Positions 37,003 through 47,695 of a stretch of DNA of 64,000 bases are shown in pieces. The number at the start of each line of letters is the position of its first letter. Position 1 is the first letter of the stretch. The position numbers and the translations under genes were made by a program. The DNA lies in NCBI GenBank assembly GCA_963674965.2, contig CAXXFL010000001.1, forward strand, positions 416,001 to 480,000, in the 5' to 3' direction. The notes below the pieces were generated by a model. The model was given only the letters and a program-made list of their open reading frames with translations, was not told the origin of the DNA and did no database searches. The DNA is from a bacterium (GTDB lineage Bacteria; RBG-13-61-14; DATKZS01).

Positions 37003-39078
37003 ATGATACTACTGAACCGTCGGCTCAAGTCTTTTCCCATCCTTACCATCCTGATCGCTTGTAGCTTTTTCTTCGCGGGCCAGTCCTTGGCTCTGGACGA
37101 TGAGGAACAATTCGAGGATTTCTCCGAGCTTGACCTCAACGACATGCTCGACGTGACGGTGGTTTCGGCCTCGAAGATCGAGCAGTCCCTCCGCGACTCG
37201 GCCAACGCCATTTACGTGATCACGGCCGAGGACATAAGGCGCTCGGGGGTCCGCTCGATACCCGAGGCCCTCCGCCTGGCTCCCGGGGTCTTCGTGGCCC
37301 AGATTTCCGGCAATAAGTGGGTCGTTACCATGGGAGGGTTCACGCTTTTCGAGTACTCGAACAAGCTGCTCGTGCTTATAGACGGGGTCTCGGTCTATAA
37401 CCCCATTTCGGGCGGCGTTGACTGGGACTTTCTGCCCGTGTCCCTCGAGGAAATCGACCGCATCGAGGTAATAAGGGGAACGGGCGGGGTACTGTACGGC
37501 GCCAACGCCGTCAACGGCGTTATCAACATCATCACCCGGTCAGGCGAGACGGAATCGGCGTCCTTCGTCAACGTGATGGCGGGCACGCAGAACATGCGCC
37601 AGATGCACGCCACCACCAGGCTCGAGTCCGAGGACGGCGCCCTTTCCAGCCGCGTTTCGGTTTCCTACGAGGAGGACGCCGGGCTTGGCCAGGCGCGGGG
37701 TACCCAGCAAGTATACGACGGCCAGGAGTTGGCCACGGCCTCCATCCGGAACACCGTCAAGCTCGACGACTCGGCCGAGGTCCATTTCGACGCCCGCTAT
37801 AAGGGCGGGATCATCCAAAGGCCGAACGTTGACGAAACCTGGAGAGGAGATGATTCCAAACTCGAGTCCGACATTATGAGGGGCCGCCTCGATTTATTTT
37901 TCGACAATGGGGCCCAGTTATACGTGCAGGGCTACCGCTGGATGGAAAACGTGCGGATCGACCGGGACGGCTATGAGACCTATTCGGCCCAGTTGGTCTA
38001 CGACGGCGAGGCCCAGGTCATGGTCCCCTTCGAATTGGCCGGGACGCATCAGTTCATCTTCGGCGGCGGCTACCGCGAGGTCTACGGCAAGAGCGAGGAC
38101 ATCCTGGATTTCGACCAGGACTTTACCGTGGGCAACGCCTACATGCATGACGCCTGGAAGCTTACCGACGAGCTCGCCCTCAACTCGGGCGTGAAATGGG
38201 AGCACGTGAACCTGGTCGACCCGACCTGGCAGTGGCGCGGGGCCCTGGTTTACAACCCCACCCCCCAGCATGGTATAAGGCTTTCCGTCTCGAACGCCTA
38301 CCGATCGCCCACGCTGACCGAAACCTATCACCAGGTCTTCTATGAAATTCCCGACGAGCTGGCCTTCCTTATCCCGGGCTGGCCCCCGGAACAGGACCAA
38401 TTCCTGGCCAGCGTGGTGGGCAACGAGGACCTCGAGCCCGAGCAGGTCGTGTCCTACGAGGCCGAGTATCGAGGCTTCTGGTTCAACCGGGTTAACTTCG
38501 ACGTGTCCTATTCCTACAGGGAATACACCAACCTCATCACCGTCTTTATAGCCGACCCCGGTTTCTACGTGGACCTGCCGCCCGTCATCGGGCCCCTCAG
38601 CCAGAATATCACCTACGTCAACGACGGCCAGGCCATAAGCAACAACGTGGAAGTGAGCATGGACGCCAAAGTGACCGACGAGCTCCGGGTCATGCTCAAC
38701 TACGCCCATATCGACATCCGGCTCACGGGGGACAAGGTTTTCAAGAACTACGAGGAAAACACCCCGAGGAACCTGGGAAGAGCGGCCGTCTCCTATACCC
38801 ATCCCAAGGGGTTCATGGTCGACGTCTCCGGCTCGTACATGGACGAGTACACGGTCCAGCCCGTCTCGCTGGCCACGTACGATTTCAACTCCTACTGGCG
38901 GATGGACGCCAGGATCGCCCAGAAAATCGAGCTTAACTCGGGCGACCTCGAGATAGGAGTGGTGGGCCAGAACCTCACCGAGGAATGGCACTCCGAGTAC
39001 CCAGACGTCGAGATCGACACCCAGCCTCTCCCCCTCAGAAGCGCTTTCTACGGGTACGTCGAGTTCAGGGACAAATAA
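37003..39078 (+). CDS. TonB-dependent outer membrane receptor
   Basis: Plug motifs VITAEDIRRSG...IPEALRL.PG, LVLIDG and IDRIEVIRG.G..LYGANAVNGVINIIT, plus N.DLEPE. Start after AAGGAG. Confidence 0.93.
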   Translation: MILLNRRLKSFPILTILIACSFFFAGQSLALDDEEQFEDFSELDLNDMLDVTVVSASKIEQSLRDSANAIYVITAEDIRRSGVRSIPEALRLAPGVFVAQISGNKWVVTMGGFTLFEYSNKLLVLIDGVSVYNPISGGVDWDFLPVSLEEIDRIEVIRGTGGVLYGANAVNGVINIITRSGETESASFVNVMAGTQNMRQMHATTRLESEDGALSSRVSVSYEEDAGLGQARGTQQVYDGQELATASIRNTVKLDDSAEVHFDARYKGGIIQRPNVDETWRGDDSKLESDIMRGRLDLFFDNGAQLYVQGYRWMENVRIDRDGYETYSAQLVYDGEAQVMVPFELAGTHQFIFGGGYREVYGKSEDILDFDQDFTVGNAYMHDAWKLTDELALNSGVKWEHVNLVDPTWQWRGALVYNPTPQHGIRLSVSNAYRSPTLTETYHQVFYEIPDELAFLIPGWPPEQDQFLASVVGNEDLEPEQVVSYEAEYRGFWFNRVNFDVSYSYREYTNLITVFIADPGFYVDLPPVIGPLSQNITYVNDGQAISNNVEVSMDAKVTDELRVMLNYAHIDIRLTGDKVFKNYEENTPRNLGRAAVSYTHPKGFMVDVSGSYMDEYTVQPVSLATYDFNSYWRMDARIAQKIELNSGDLEIGVVGQNLTEEWHSEYPDVEIDTQPLPLRSAFYGYVEFRDK

Positions 39079-39105
39079 CCGGCGCTTGTATCCTTCACTC
39101 TTGAC

Positions 39106-39142
39106 GAGGCCGTCCGACGTTTGCCGGGCGGCCTCTTTTTTT
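39106..39142 (+). terminator. Rho-independent terminator after the TonB-dependent receptor
   Basis: GAGGCCGTCCG...CGGGCGGCCTC stem followed by T7. Confidence 0.75.
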
Positions 39143-39280
39143 CGCGCAAAGGACTTGGGACTTGATTCAATTTTGACAACTTCAGAACCATGGCCGAAAA
39201 TGCCGGGAGACGCGATATCCCGGCGACCCGTTATTATCGCGATCATTCAAACCCCTTCAACGTTAAAAGGAGAGCCTCCC

Positions 39281-42187
39281 TTGGACAGGAGACAATTTAT
39301 CAAGTCCACTTCCGCCGGAGCGGCCGGTCTGGCCTTCGGCGAAACGATTTTAGCGGCAAAAGACGATCATGGGCCGGGAGACTTCGTTCTGGCGGACCGC
39401 CTCGGGGTCGCGGACGTCCTCTTTGATCTTAACGACCACGAGGTGGTGGGCGTGGCCGCGACCGCGCTGGCCCGCGACGTGGAGAGCGTGACGGGGAAGA
39501 CGTGTTCTTTGAATGAAGGCTCCAGTCCAAATGCGGTCGTGGCCGGGACCATTGGAAAGAGCGAGTTGGTCGACGCTCTTATCCATGACGGCCGGCTGGA
39601 CGCGAGCGAGGTGGCGGGCCAATGGGAAAGCTGCCTCTTCTCCGTTGTAAAGAAACCCTTTCCCGGCGTGGATGAAGCGCTGGTCATCGCGGGCTCCGAC
39701 CGGCGGGGAACTGCCTTCGGAATTTTCGAGCTTAGCCGCCAAATCGGCGTGTCGCCCTGGATTTTCTGGGCCGACGCGGTCCCGGATAAACGCGAGGGAC
39801 TGGTTATTAAAGGAGGCTCGCGCCGCCTGGGTCCTCCGTCCGTAAAGTACCGAGGTATCTTCATCAACGACGAGGACTTCGGCTTGCAGCCCTGGTCGGC
39901 CAAGACCTTCGAGGCCGAGCTGGGAGACATAGGTCCCAAAACCTACGCCAGGGTATTCGAGCTGCTCCTACGCCTCAAGGCCAACCATATCTGGCCGGCC
40001 ATGCATAAATGCACCAAGGCCTTCAACTTCTACCCGGACAATAAAATCGTGGCCGACCGTTACGCCATCGTCATGGGTTCATCCCACTGCGAGCAGATGC
40101 TGAGGAACAACGTGAGCGAATGGAAACCAGACGGCAAAGGCCCCTATATATACCAGGTAAACCGGGAGGGCGTGCTCGACTACTGGGAGGAAAGAGTAAA
40201 GGAGAACGGGCGCTATGAAAACGTCTATACCCTGGGCATGCGCGGCCTCCACGACTCTCCCATGTTCGCCGTGGGATCGAGGAGGACCAAGATAAAGCTC
40301 TACGAAAAAATCATCGCCGACCAAAGAGATATCCTTCGCCGCGGAGTCGATCGGGACGTCTCGAGGGTCCCCCAGATTTTCTGCGCTTATAACGAGATGC
40401 TCGATTTTTACAGGGACGGCCTTCCCATCCCTGAGGACGCTACCATGATGTGGGTGGACGACAATCACGGCTATATCCGAGGTCTTTCCGGCCCTCTCGA
40501 GCAAGGCAGGGAGGGCGGCTCGGGGGTTTATTACCATATATCCTACTGGGGTCCGCCCTTCGATTATTTATGGCTCTGCTCGACTCCTCCCGCCCTGATC
40601 TGGGAGGAGATGAGAAAGGCCTACGCCCATGACGCCCGCCGGGTATGGATGCTGAACGTGGGAGATATCAAACCGGGTGAGCTAATGACCGAGTTCTTCC
40701 TCGATCTGGCCTGGGACGTCGATAAATGGGACCGTAAAAAACCCGCGGACTTCTTGCTGGAAGCCGCCGAGCGCGAGTTCGGACCCGACAAGGCCCGGGA
40801 AATCGCGGACGTTATGAACGAGTACTTCCGGCTGAACTTCCAGCGAAAGCCCGAGCATATGGGCTTCAACATGATCGGAGAGAAGGGTATCCCGGTCAAC
40901 GATCCCGAGTTTACGCCCTTCCATTACGGGGACGAGGCGCAAAAAAGAATCGACGCCTACGCCGACCTCGATAAAAGAGCAACCCTTGTATATGAGGAAT
41001 TGCCCGAGCATAAGCGCGCCTCATTTTATCAACTCGTGCTCTACCCCGTTCGCGGGTCATCCCTTCTTAACTCCATGACGCTTAACGCCTACAAGAGCAG
41101 AATATACGCGGCCCAGGGCAGGAAAAGCGCAAAGGATTACGCTATAAAATCCAGGGAAGCGCATAAAGGACTCCGGGAGGAAGACGCTTATTACAACGAG
41201 GTACTTTCAAAGGGAAAATGGAAATACATGATGTGCCATCACCCCAAGGACCTTTCAGTCTTCGATCAGCCCAAAACGGCAAAAGCCAGGCTTAAAACGG
41301 GACCGGCTCTTGGAATATTCATCGAGGGCATGGAGAACGGACGCGGCGTTTCAGGCGGGGAGCTGCCGGAGTTCAACGCCCTTACCCGGCGAAAGTATTT
41401 CATCGACGTCTTCAACCGCGGAGACCGGCCCCTCGAGTGGAGGGCATATCCATCGGAGGAATGGATACTCCTGGACAAGGACCATGGAACGGCCGACGGA
41501 GAAGAAAGGATTTGGGTCGATATCGATTACGGCCAGGCGCCGAAAGGCGAGGCCCTGGCCGCGAGCGTGGAAATAAAAGGCGCCGACGATTCCCGGCTCG
41601 TGAAAATCACCGCTTATAACCCGGCCTACGCCGGGACGGCCGGGACCCTTTTCGTGGAGGACAACAAAGTGGTGGCCATGGACGCTGGAAGCGGTCTTAC
41701 AGGTCGTACCGGCAACCGCGGTTCCCGCTGGGAATCGATACGCGGTCTTGGCCGCAGCGGCAAGGCCATAGCCCTGCTTCCTCTCGATTCTCCCACTTTA
41801 AAGGACAATGAAATATCAGACGCGGCCCTGGCCGAGTATCCGGTCCGAGTGATTACCGGCGGCGAGGCAAGGCTGATCTTCGAGGTGCTTCCCACTTATC
41901 CGATCCATGAGGGGCGGGAGTTGGCCCTGGCTTTTTCATTTGACGATCTAGGACCTCGTAAAATCAATCTCGAAAAAAAGGGACGTACTCTTCTGGGTTT
42001 CTATTGGGGCGAGGACGTGCTCGCGGGCTATTTCCAGTCTTCCACTCAAGTAAATCTTGCCAAGGGCGATCACTCCCTCAAGTTATGGGGGCTTGACCCG
42101 AGCGTGGTTGTGGACAGGATTGTCATCGACTTTGGAGGACTGAAGAAGTCGTGCCTCGGACCGCCGGAGACTATCGCCCGCGTATAG
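39281..42187 (+). CDS. Glycoside hydrolase family 115 (alpha-glucuronidase-like), Tat-exported
   Basis: AGSDRRGT, IGVSPW..WAD, PSVKYRGIFINDE, LLRLKAN..WPAMH, GSSHCE, GMRG.HD, NVGDIKP.E and LGPPET motifs. DRRQFIK Tat motif after a TTG start with AAGGAG RBS. Confidence 0.92.
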   Translation: MDRRQFIKSTSAGAAGLAFGETILAAKDDHGPGDFVLADRLGVADVLFDLNDHEVVGVAATALARDVESVTGKTCSLNEGSSPNAVVAGTIGKSELVDALIHDGRLDASEVAGQWESCLFSVVKKPFPGVDEALVIAGSDRRGTAFGIFELSRQIGVSPWIFWADAVPDKREGLVIKGGSRRLGPPSVKYRGIFINDEDFGLQPWSAKTFEAELGDIGPKTYARVFELLLRLKANHIWPAMHKCTKAFNFYPDNKIVADRYAIVMGSSHCEQMLRNNVSEWKPDGKGPYIYQVNREGVLDYWEERVKENGRYENVYTLGMRGLHDSPMFAVGSRRTKIKLYEKIIADQRDILRRGVDRDVSRVPQIFCAYNEMLDFYRDGLPIPEDATMMWVDDNHGYIRGLSGPLEQGREGGSGVYYHISYWGPPFDYLWLCSTPPALIWEEMRKAYAHDARRVWMLNVGDIKPGELMTEFFLDLAWDVDKWDRKKPADFLLEAAEREFGPDKAREIADVMNEYFRLNFQRKPEHMGFNMIGEKGIPVNDPEFTPFHYGDEAQKRIDAYADLDKRATLVYEELPEHKRASFYQLVLYPVRGSSLLNSMTLNAYKSRIYAAQGRKSAKDYAIKSREAHKGLREEDAYYNEVLSKGKWKYMMCHHPKDLSVFDQPKTAKARLKTGPALGIFIEGMENGRGVSGGELPEFNALTRRKYFIDVFNRGDRPLEWRAYPSEEWILLDKDHGTADGEERIWVDIDYGQAPKGEALAASVEIKGADDSRLVKITAYNPAYAGTAGTLFVEDNKVVAMDAGSGLTGRTGNRGSRWESIRGLGRSGKAIALLPLDSPTLKDNEISDAALAEYPVRVITGGEARLIFEVLPTYPIHEGRELALAFSFDDLGPRKINLEKKGRTLLGFYWGEDVLAGYFQSSTQVNLAKGDHSLKLWGLDPSVVVDRIVIDFGGLKKSCLGPPETIARV

Positions 42188-42223
42188 AAAATTGAGGCTG
42201 AATTTTCCAGGCCATTACTATAA

Positions 42224-43690
42224 TTACTGCTTCCCCGATTCCGCCTCCAGGTCGTACTCGAGGCAGTCCGTTATTTCCGCCTCGATTATTTCACCGGGAC
42301 GGGCGTCTCCCACGAGCCTGACCAGGCCGTCCACCTCGACGGCCATGCCCGAAAAGCGGGCGGCCCATTCGTTGGGAGATGATTGCGTGACTGTCTCGCC
42401 TTCCCCTTCTTCTTCCTCGATAAGAGGCGGCCAGGGCTCGTCCACCAGGAGGGGCAGCTTCCTGCCCACAAGCTCGGAAAGCTTCCGGGCCGTCACCTCG
42501 CGCTGGGCCTCGAGAAGCGCGGACAATCTTTCCTCGGCCACCTCCTCTGGAACGCGGTCCGGCAGGCGCTTTGCCGGGGTCCCCTCTTGCGGCGAGAACG
42601 TAAAGCCCGAGGCCCAGAGGAAGCGGCCTTCCTCGACCAAATCGAGAAGCTCCTCGAACTCGGCGTCCCCCTCCCCCGGGTAACCCACCAAAAAGGTCGA
42701 GCGAAGAACAAGGCCGGGAACGCGCGACTCGAGCTTGTCCAGAAGCTCCATGGTGGACCGCTTGTCATGAGACCTGCCCATGGCGGCCAGGACCTTGTCC
42801 GAGGCGTGCTGGAGGGGCAGGTCGAGGTAATGAAGGAGCCTGTCCTCGTTGGCCAGAAGTTCGATAAGCCTATCGGTCACGTGGGACGGGTGGCCGTAAA
42901 GCAGCCTGATCCAGGGGATGGAGGTCTTATCGAGGATGGCCCGGATGAGGTCGGCAAGCTCGAGACCGGGACTTAAGTCCTTGCCATAGGCGGTGACGTC
43001 CTGGCCCACCAGGTAAAGCTCCTTGACCCCGGCCCGCTCGAGGGCCTTGGCCTCCTTTACCAGCCGATCCAAATCCTCGGACCTCAGCTTCCCCCTGATG
43101 CGGGGTATGGCGCAGAAGCGGCAGGCCGAGTTACACCCGTCGCAAATCTTCAAGAAGGCGTAATGATCGGGGGTGGTCAGAATCCTTCGGCCGGTGGGAG
43201 CGGAAAAAGGATCGATCCTCGAGTGAAGCCTCGGCTCATCCGATCCTTCCCGAGCGTGGATATCCACGATCGCCCTGTGGATATCCATGTTGATATCCCT
43301 TGGGATTTCCCTTTTCAAGCCGGGATTTTCCCTTTCCCAAAGCGCGTTTAGGGTTTTCCACAACTTATCCACATGATCTGTCCCCAATACCGCGTCGGCC
43401 TCGGGAATTTCCTCGATCAACTCCCGTTTATAACGCTCGCTCAGGCAGCCCACTATGGCCACTACTCGATAGAGTCCCTCCTCCTTGGCCCGGATTCCCT
43501 CCATGACCGCCGCCACGCTCTCCTCCTTGGCCGCGTCGATAAAACCGCAGGTATTCACCACCAGGGCAAAGGCCGGCTCGGGCGCTTGAACTATCCGCCA
43601 CCCCGCCGCGTCCAGCGCCCCCAAGGTCCTCTCCGTGTCCACCCGGTTCTTGTCGCAACCGAGGGTCAGGTATGCCGCGCTCTTGTCCAT
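42224..43690 (-). CDS. rimO: Ribosomal protein S12 methylthiotransferase
   Basis: LGCDKNRVD, VNTCGFI..AK.ES, GCL.ERY, GCNSACRFCAIP.IRG, YLD.PLQH and C-terminal TRAM domain (A.EVDG, YDL). Confidence 0.93.
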   Translation of the reverse strand: MDKSAAYLTLGCDKNRVDTERTLGALDAAGWRIVQAPEPAFALVVNTCGFIDAAKEESVAAVMEGIRAKEEGLYRVVAIVGCLSERYKRELIEEIPEADAVLGTDHVDKLWKTLNALWERENPGLKREIPRDINMDIHRAIVDIHAREGSDEPRLHSRIDPFSAPTGRRILTTPDHYAFLKICDGCNSACRFCAIPRIRGKLRSEDLDRLVKEAKALERAGVKELYLVGQDVTAYGKDLSPGLELADLIRAILDKTSIPWIRLLYGHPSHVTDRLIELLANEDRLLHYLDLPLQHASDKVLAAMGRSHDKRSTMELLDKLESRVPGLVLRSTFLVGYPGEGDAEFEELLDLVEEGRFLWASGFTFSPQEGTPAKRLPDRVPEEVAEERLSALLEAQREVTARKLSELVGRKLPLLVDEPWPPLIEEEEGEGETVTQSSPNEWAARFSGMAVEVDGLVRLVGDARPGEIIEAEITDCLEYDLEAESGKQ

Positions 43691-43734
43691 TTTTTTATGC
43701 AAAAGTGTAAATTATTATTCCGCTTCAGGAGACT

Positions 43735-44619
43735 TCATTCGAGCCGAGTCCCAATTCGGCTTATATCCGGGCTAAGATAAATATAGAGGACTTTTCCCGT
43801 GACCGCCTCAATACTTATAGGCCCGAATCTCCGTGAATCAAGACTTGCAAGCCTATTGTCTCCCATTACAAAAACATGTCCCGTCGGTATATTCATTTCT
43901 TTAAAATTTTCCGTGTGCTCCATGCGGCCAAGATAAGTTTGATCGAGATAAATATATGGCTCTTCAAGTTCATTTCCATTGATATAGACAACATTGTCCT
44001 TTATTGCCAAGACTTCACCAGGAAGTCCTATTACTCTTTCTATCCATTTCTTAGACGGATCATCAGGAGATTTGAACGCGACGACGTCTCCTCTTTTAGG
44101 AGTTTTAATTACGCTAGCTCTCGTATCCGTGACAATACAGTCATTTCGGATTAGCGTCCATTTCATTCCGGATGACCCTATTCGAAAGACTTCAGTATAA
44201 TGAGGTTTGATAAAGTAAATTCCAATGACCGCCAAATAAATGAAAATTCCCGGCAACGAGTAGACAATCCAGTGGTTGAACCAAAAAAGTATCACTGTGC
44301 CTTTTCTTCTCGCGGTAAAGAACGCGTCAATTGCACTGAATAGCGGAAGCATTAGAAGCATAATGACGTAAATATACAAATATGAAATATGTCGAGAAAA
44401 AAGAAGGACAAAAATGGTTGCGTAAGCTACCGCTAACCAAAGGCCGATAAAGATACAACCTTTCTTTAATTGTCCGTTATAGATTTGTCCCAATCCCAAG
44501 AACCCAAAAGAAAGCACTGCGGCCAGAAGAGGCTCTCTCTTTTTTCCAATTGCGGTTTCTTCACTCAACGCTCCAGTCCTTCCTTTTAATTTTCCAGTCC
44601 GGCGTGAAAGACCTTTCAC
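43735..44619 (-). CDS. Signal peptidase I homologue with extra N-terminal TM region and substituted catalytic residues
   Basis: RGDVV.F, RVIGLPGE, VYING..L.EPY and VFVMGDNR..S.DSR.FG motifs. Box B reads SSGM and box D reads WIERVIG. AT-rich. Confidence 0.85.
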   Translation of the reverse strand: MKGLSRRTGKLKGRTGALSEETAIGKKREPLLAAVLSFGFLGLGQIYNGQLKKGCIFIGLWLAVAYATIFVLLFSRHISYLYIYVIMLLMLPLFSAIDAFFTARRKGTVILFWFNHWIVYSLPGIFIYLAVIGIYFIKPHYTEVFRIGSSGMKWTLIRNDCIVTDTRASVIKTPKRGDVVAFKSPDDPSKKWIERVIGLPGEVLAIKDNVVYINGNELEEPYIYLDQTYLGRMEHTENFKEMNIPTGHVFVMGDNRLASLDSRRFGPISIEAVTGKVLYIYLSPDISRIGTRLE

Positions 44620-44811
44620 GCATTAGCGAACCATTCTTTACAAGAATACTCTTCGGCTAACTTGCCAGTCAAATTCTTTTATCCTCAAAGAAGGACGACT
44701 CCTTTGTTTCATCTCTTGCGCCCCATGATTGACAACTCGGGCATGGGCCGTAAAATCAATAACTCATGGTTTTATTAATGGACAGGAACAAAACTCCCTG
44801 GCGAGGGCCGC

Positions 44812-45807
44812 ATGAGTAAGGACCTTATAGCCATAGCCCTTATGAGCGGCGGTCTGGACTCGGCCCTGGCCGCGGCGGTGGTCATGGAATGGGGCGCCGC
44901 GGTCATCGGTATATGGTGCGACCATCCCTTCCATCCCGACGAGCGAGGCGGCGCCCGTCCCCACGCGGAGCTGGTGGCGAAGGAGCTGGGAATCGAGTTG
45001 GTGAAAAGGGACGTTACCGAAAAGATGATCGAGACGGTCAAGTCCCCCGCCCACGGGTACGGGAAACACTTAAACCCCTGCGTTGACTGCCGCATACTCT
45101 ACCTGGCCGAGGCCCGGGAACTGATGGAGGAAAGGGGCGCCCATTTCCTGGTCACGGGCGAGGTCCTGGGCCAGCGGCCCATGAGCCAGCGGCGGGACTC
45201 GATGGATATCATCGACCGCGACTCTGGACTTCGGGGACTTATTGTCCGGCCCCTTTGCGGGAAGTTCATGCGGCCCACCATACCCGAGCAAAAGGGATGG
45301 ATCGAGCGCGAGAAGCTCCTGGATATCGACGGCCGGGGCCGCAAGCGCCAGATCGAGCTGGCCGGGAAATTCAGCGTCAAGGAATACGCCTCCCCCGCCG
45401 GCGGGTGCCTTCTTACCATGGAGGACTTCGCCCGCAAGATGAAGGACCTTATCGGCCACGGCGAAGTATCGCGCGCCGACGTCGAGCTTCTCAAGGTCGG
45501 GCGGCGCCTGCGTCTTTCGGACAAGGCCATTCTGGTGCTGGGCAAGAACGAAGGGGAAAACCGGCGCCTCGAGAACATGGTACTGCCGGGAGACGCGGCC
45601 CTTACCACCATCGACGTTCCCGGACCTTTCGGTTTAATAAGGGGAAAGTTCGAACGGGAAGACCTCGAGCTTGCCTGTTCGATCCTTCTTCGTTACGTCC
45701 GTCCCACGGGTAACCCGATCCCGGTCCTTGCCTCGACAGGGGACGAGAGGATAACGATTAGCGCCTCTCCCATGGGCCGGGCCGATGCCAAAAGGTATCT
45801 TATTTGA
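44812..45807 (+). CDS. PP-loop tRNA sulfurtransferase-like protein (ThiI/MnmA-related)
   Basis: SGGLDS, NPCVDCR, TGEVLGQRPMSQ, GR.RK.Q and PAGGCLLT motifs. TTGACA-16-TAAAAT at 44729-44756. Confidence 0.85.
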   Translation: MSKDLIAIALMSGGLDSALAAAVVMEWGAAVIGIWCDHPFHPDERGGARPHAELVAKELGIELVKRDVTEKMIETVKSPAHGYGKHLNPCVDCRILYLAEARELMEERGAHFLVTGEVLGQRPMSQRRDSMDIIDRDSGLRGLIVRPLCGKFMRPTIPEQKGWIEREKLLDIDGRGRKRQIELAGKFSVKEYASPAGGCLLTMEDFARKMKDLIGHGEVSRADVELLKVGRRLRLSDKAILVLGKNEGENRRLENMVLPGDAALTTIDVPGPFGLIRGKFEREDLELACSILLRYVRPTGNPIPVLASTGDERITISASPMGRADAKRYLI

Positions 45808-46098
45808 CCCAAAACCGACGGCTCGCGAAAACATGCCCCTCCTAACAAATTGAAATAGTAACGTAAATATAATTTGCCCTTTTGGCCCGGACATTATTTT
45901 TTTTATGACGGGGCATTTTTTCTTGCAAATAAGCGATGAAAAATGTTAGCATTAGGTTGGGCGAAGTAATATCATTGGCAAGTAGCGGCCTCATTTTCCT
46001 TTCCCGTTTGAGAAAAGCGATAACCCGACCTACTACGGCGAATCCTCTTTCCTTTTGCCGGGAAAGGCTCAAACGGCTCGAATTGAAGGGACGATTCC

Positions 46099-47523
46099 TT
46101 GGGCAAATGGTGGGATGAAGAGTGCGGTATAGTTGGGGTCTACGGCCATCCGGAGGCCGCCAACCTGGCCTATCTTTGTATGTACGCCCTCCAGCATCGC
46201 GGCCAGGAAAGCGCCGGCATAGTCAGCTCGACTGGCTCGAGAATGTTTTCCCACCGCTCGATGGGCCTTGTGCAGGACGTGTTCAATGAGGACATCCTCA
46301 TGAAGCTGCCAGGCTCGTTGGCCATTGGCCACGTCAGGTACTCGACGGCGGGCTCGTCCCTTTTGAAAAACGCCCAGCCCTACGCCATGGAAAGCAGCAG
46401 GCGCGGCCGTCTGGCGGTCGGCCATAACGGCAACCTGGTCAACGCCCGCGCCATCAGGGAGACCCTCGAGGACAGCGGCGCCATTTTCCAGTCCGCCACC
46501 GACACGGAGGTGATCGTTCACCTTATGGCCCAGGCCGGGTCGGGACGGCTGATCGACAAGATAGGCTTCGCCACCGGCCAGATACTCGGGGCCTTCAGCG
46601 CCGTGTTCATGACGGACAAGGAGGTGGCCGGCTGCCGCGACCCCTGGGGATTTCGGCCGCTGGTGGTGGGCAAGGTCAAGAACGCCTACATCCTGGCCTC
46701 CGAGACCTGCGCCCTCGACTTGGTGGGCGCCATCTACGAGCGCGAGGTCCAGCCGGGCGAGGTGGTCATTATCAACGAGAACGGACTTACCAGCTACGCG
46801 AACATGCCCACCCGAAAGCACGCGAGATGCGTGTTCGAGCATATCTATTTCGCCCGCCCCGACTCGAAGATTTTCGGGGACTCCGTTTACGCGGTGCGAA
46901 AGAGGCTGGGGGCCAAGCTCTACGAGGAACAACCGGCCGAGGCCGACGTGGTTATCTGCGTGCCCGACTCGGGCCGGGTCGCGGCCATAGGCTACGCCGA
47001 GGCCGCCGGCCTTCCCTACGAGGAGGGCCTAATAAGGAACCACTACGTGGGCCGGACTTTTATCGAGCCCTCCCACGCCATCCGCAACTTCGGGGTCAAG
47101 GTCAAACTCAACGCCGTCAAGAGCGTCCTGGAAGGAAAGCGGGTGGTGGTGGTCGACGACTCGATCGTTCGGGGCACCACCTGCCAGAAGATAGTCCACA
47201 TGCTGCGCGAGATGGGCGGGGCCAAAGAGGTCCATTTCCGGATCAGCTCTCCGCCCGTGACCCATCCTTGCTATTATGGAATAGATACCCCCACCAAAGA
47301 GGAACTTTGCTATAACGTCATGGACGGGAACGTGAGCGGAATCTGCGATTTCATCACGGCCGAATCCTTGGGTTATATATCGGTGCCGGGCATGCTCGAG
47401 GCGGTTAGAGACGGGAAAGATTTGGGTTTTTGCGACGCCTGCTTTACGGGCAACTATCCGGTGACCGTAATAGACGACCTGGAAAACAAGCAGATGGAAC
47501 TTTTCTTGCAAGAAATAGAATGA
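46099..47523 (+). CDS. purF: Amidophosphoribosyltransferase
   Basis: EECGIVG, ALQHRGQESAG, GHVRYSTAG, HNGNL, CVFEHIYFARPDS, VDDSIVRGTT and CDACFTG.YP motifs. Confidence 0.97.
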   Translation: MGKWWDEECGIVGVYGHPEAANLAYLCMYALQHRGQESAGIVSSTGSRMFSHRSMGLVQDVFNEDILMKLPGSLAIGHVRYSTAGSSLLKNAQPYAMESSRRGRLAVGHNGNLVNARAIRETLEDSGAIFQSATDTEVIVHLMAQAGSGRLIDKIGFATGQILGAFSAVFMTDKEVAGCRDPWGFRPLVVGKVKNAYILASETCALDLVGAIYEREVQPGEVVIINENGLTSYANMPTRKHARCVFEHIYFARPDSKIFGDSVYAVRKRLGAKLYEEQPAEADVVICVPDSGRVAAIGYAEAAGLPYEEGLIRNHYVGRTFIEPSHAIRNFGVKVKLNAVKSVLEGKRVVVVDDSIVRGTTCQKIVHMLREMGGAKEVHFRISSPPVTHPCYYGIDTPTKEELCYNVMDGNVSGICDFITAESLGYISVPGMLEAVRDGKDLGFCDACFTGNYPVTVIDDLENKQMELFLQEIE

Positions 47524-47529
47524 AAATGG

Positions 47530-47558
47530 TTGACAAAGCCTGAAAGAGCGGTTATAAT
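47530..47558 (+). promoter_or_regulatory. Perfect-consensus sigma70 promoter
   Basis: TTGACA (47530-47535), 17-nt spacer, TATAAT (47553-47558). Confidence 0.8.
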
Positions 47559-47695
47559 TATCGGGTTTGTTTGGTTAAGTGTTTGATAGACAAAGCGAAA
47601 TTAAAGCTCCCTGATTTGGGAACTTTTTTTATTATAAAGCATCTTAAATAGCTGTGAGGTAAACTATAAGATGCGACGTTATGAGGAGTAGTAAA

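Noticed and set aside
37003-42187. TonB receptor + GH115 as a polysaccharide utilisation operon
   Set aside because: A strong intrinsic terminator separates them, the receptor is not SusC-like and there is no SusD. Adjacency alone is weak evidence.
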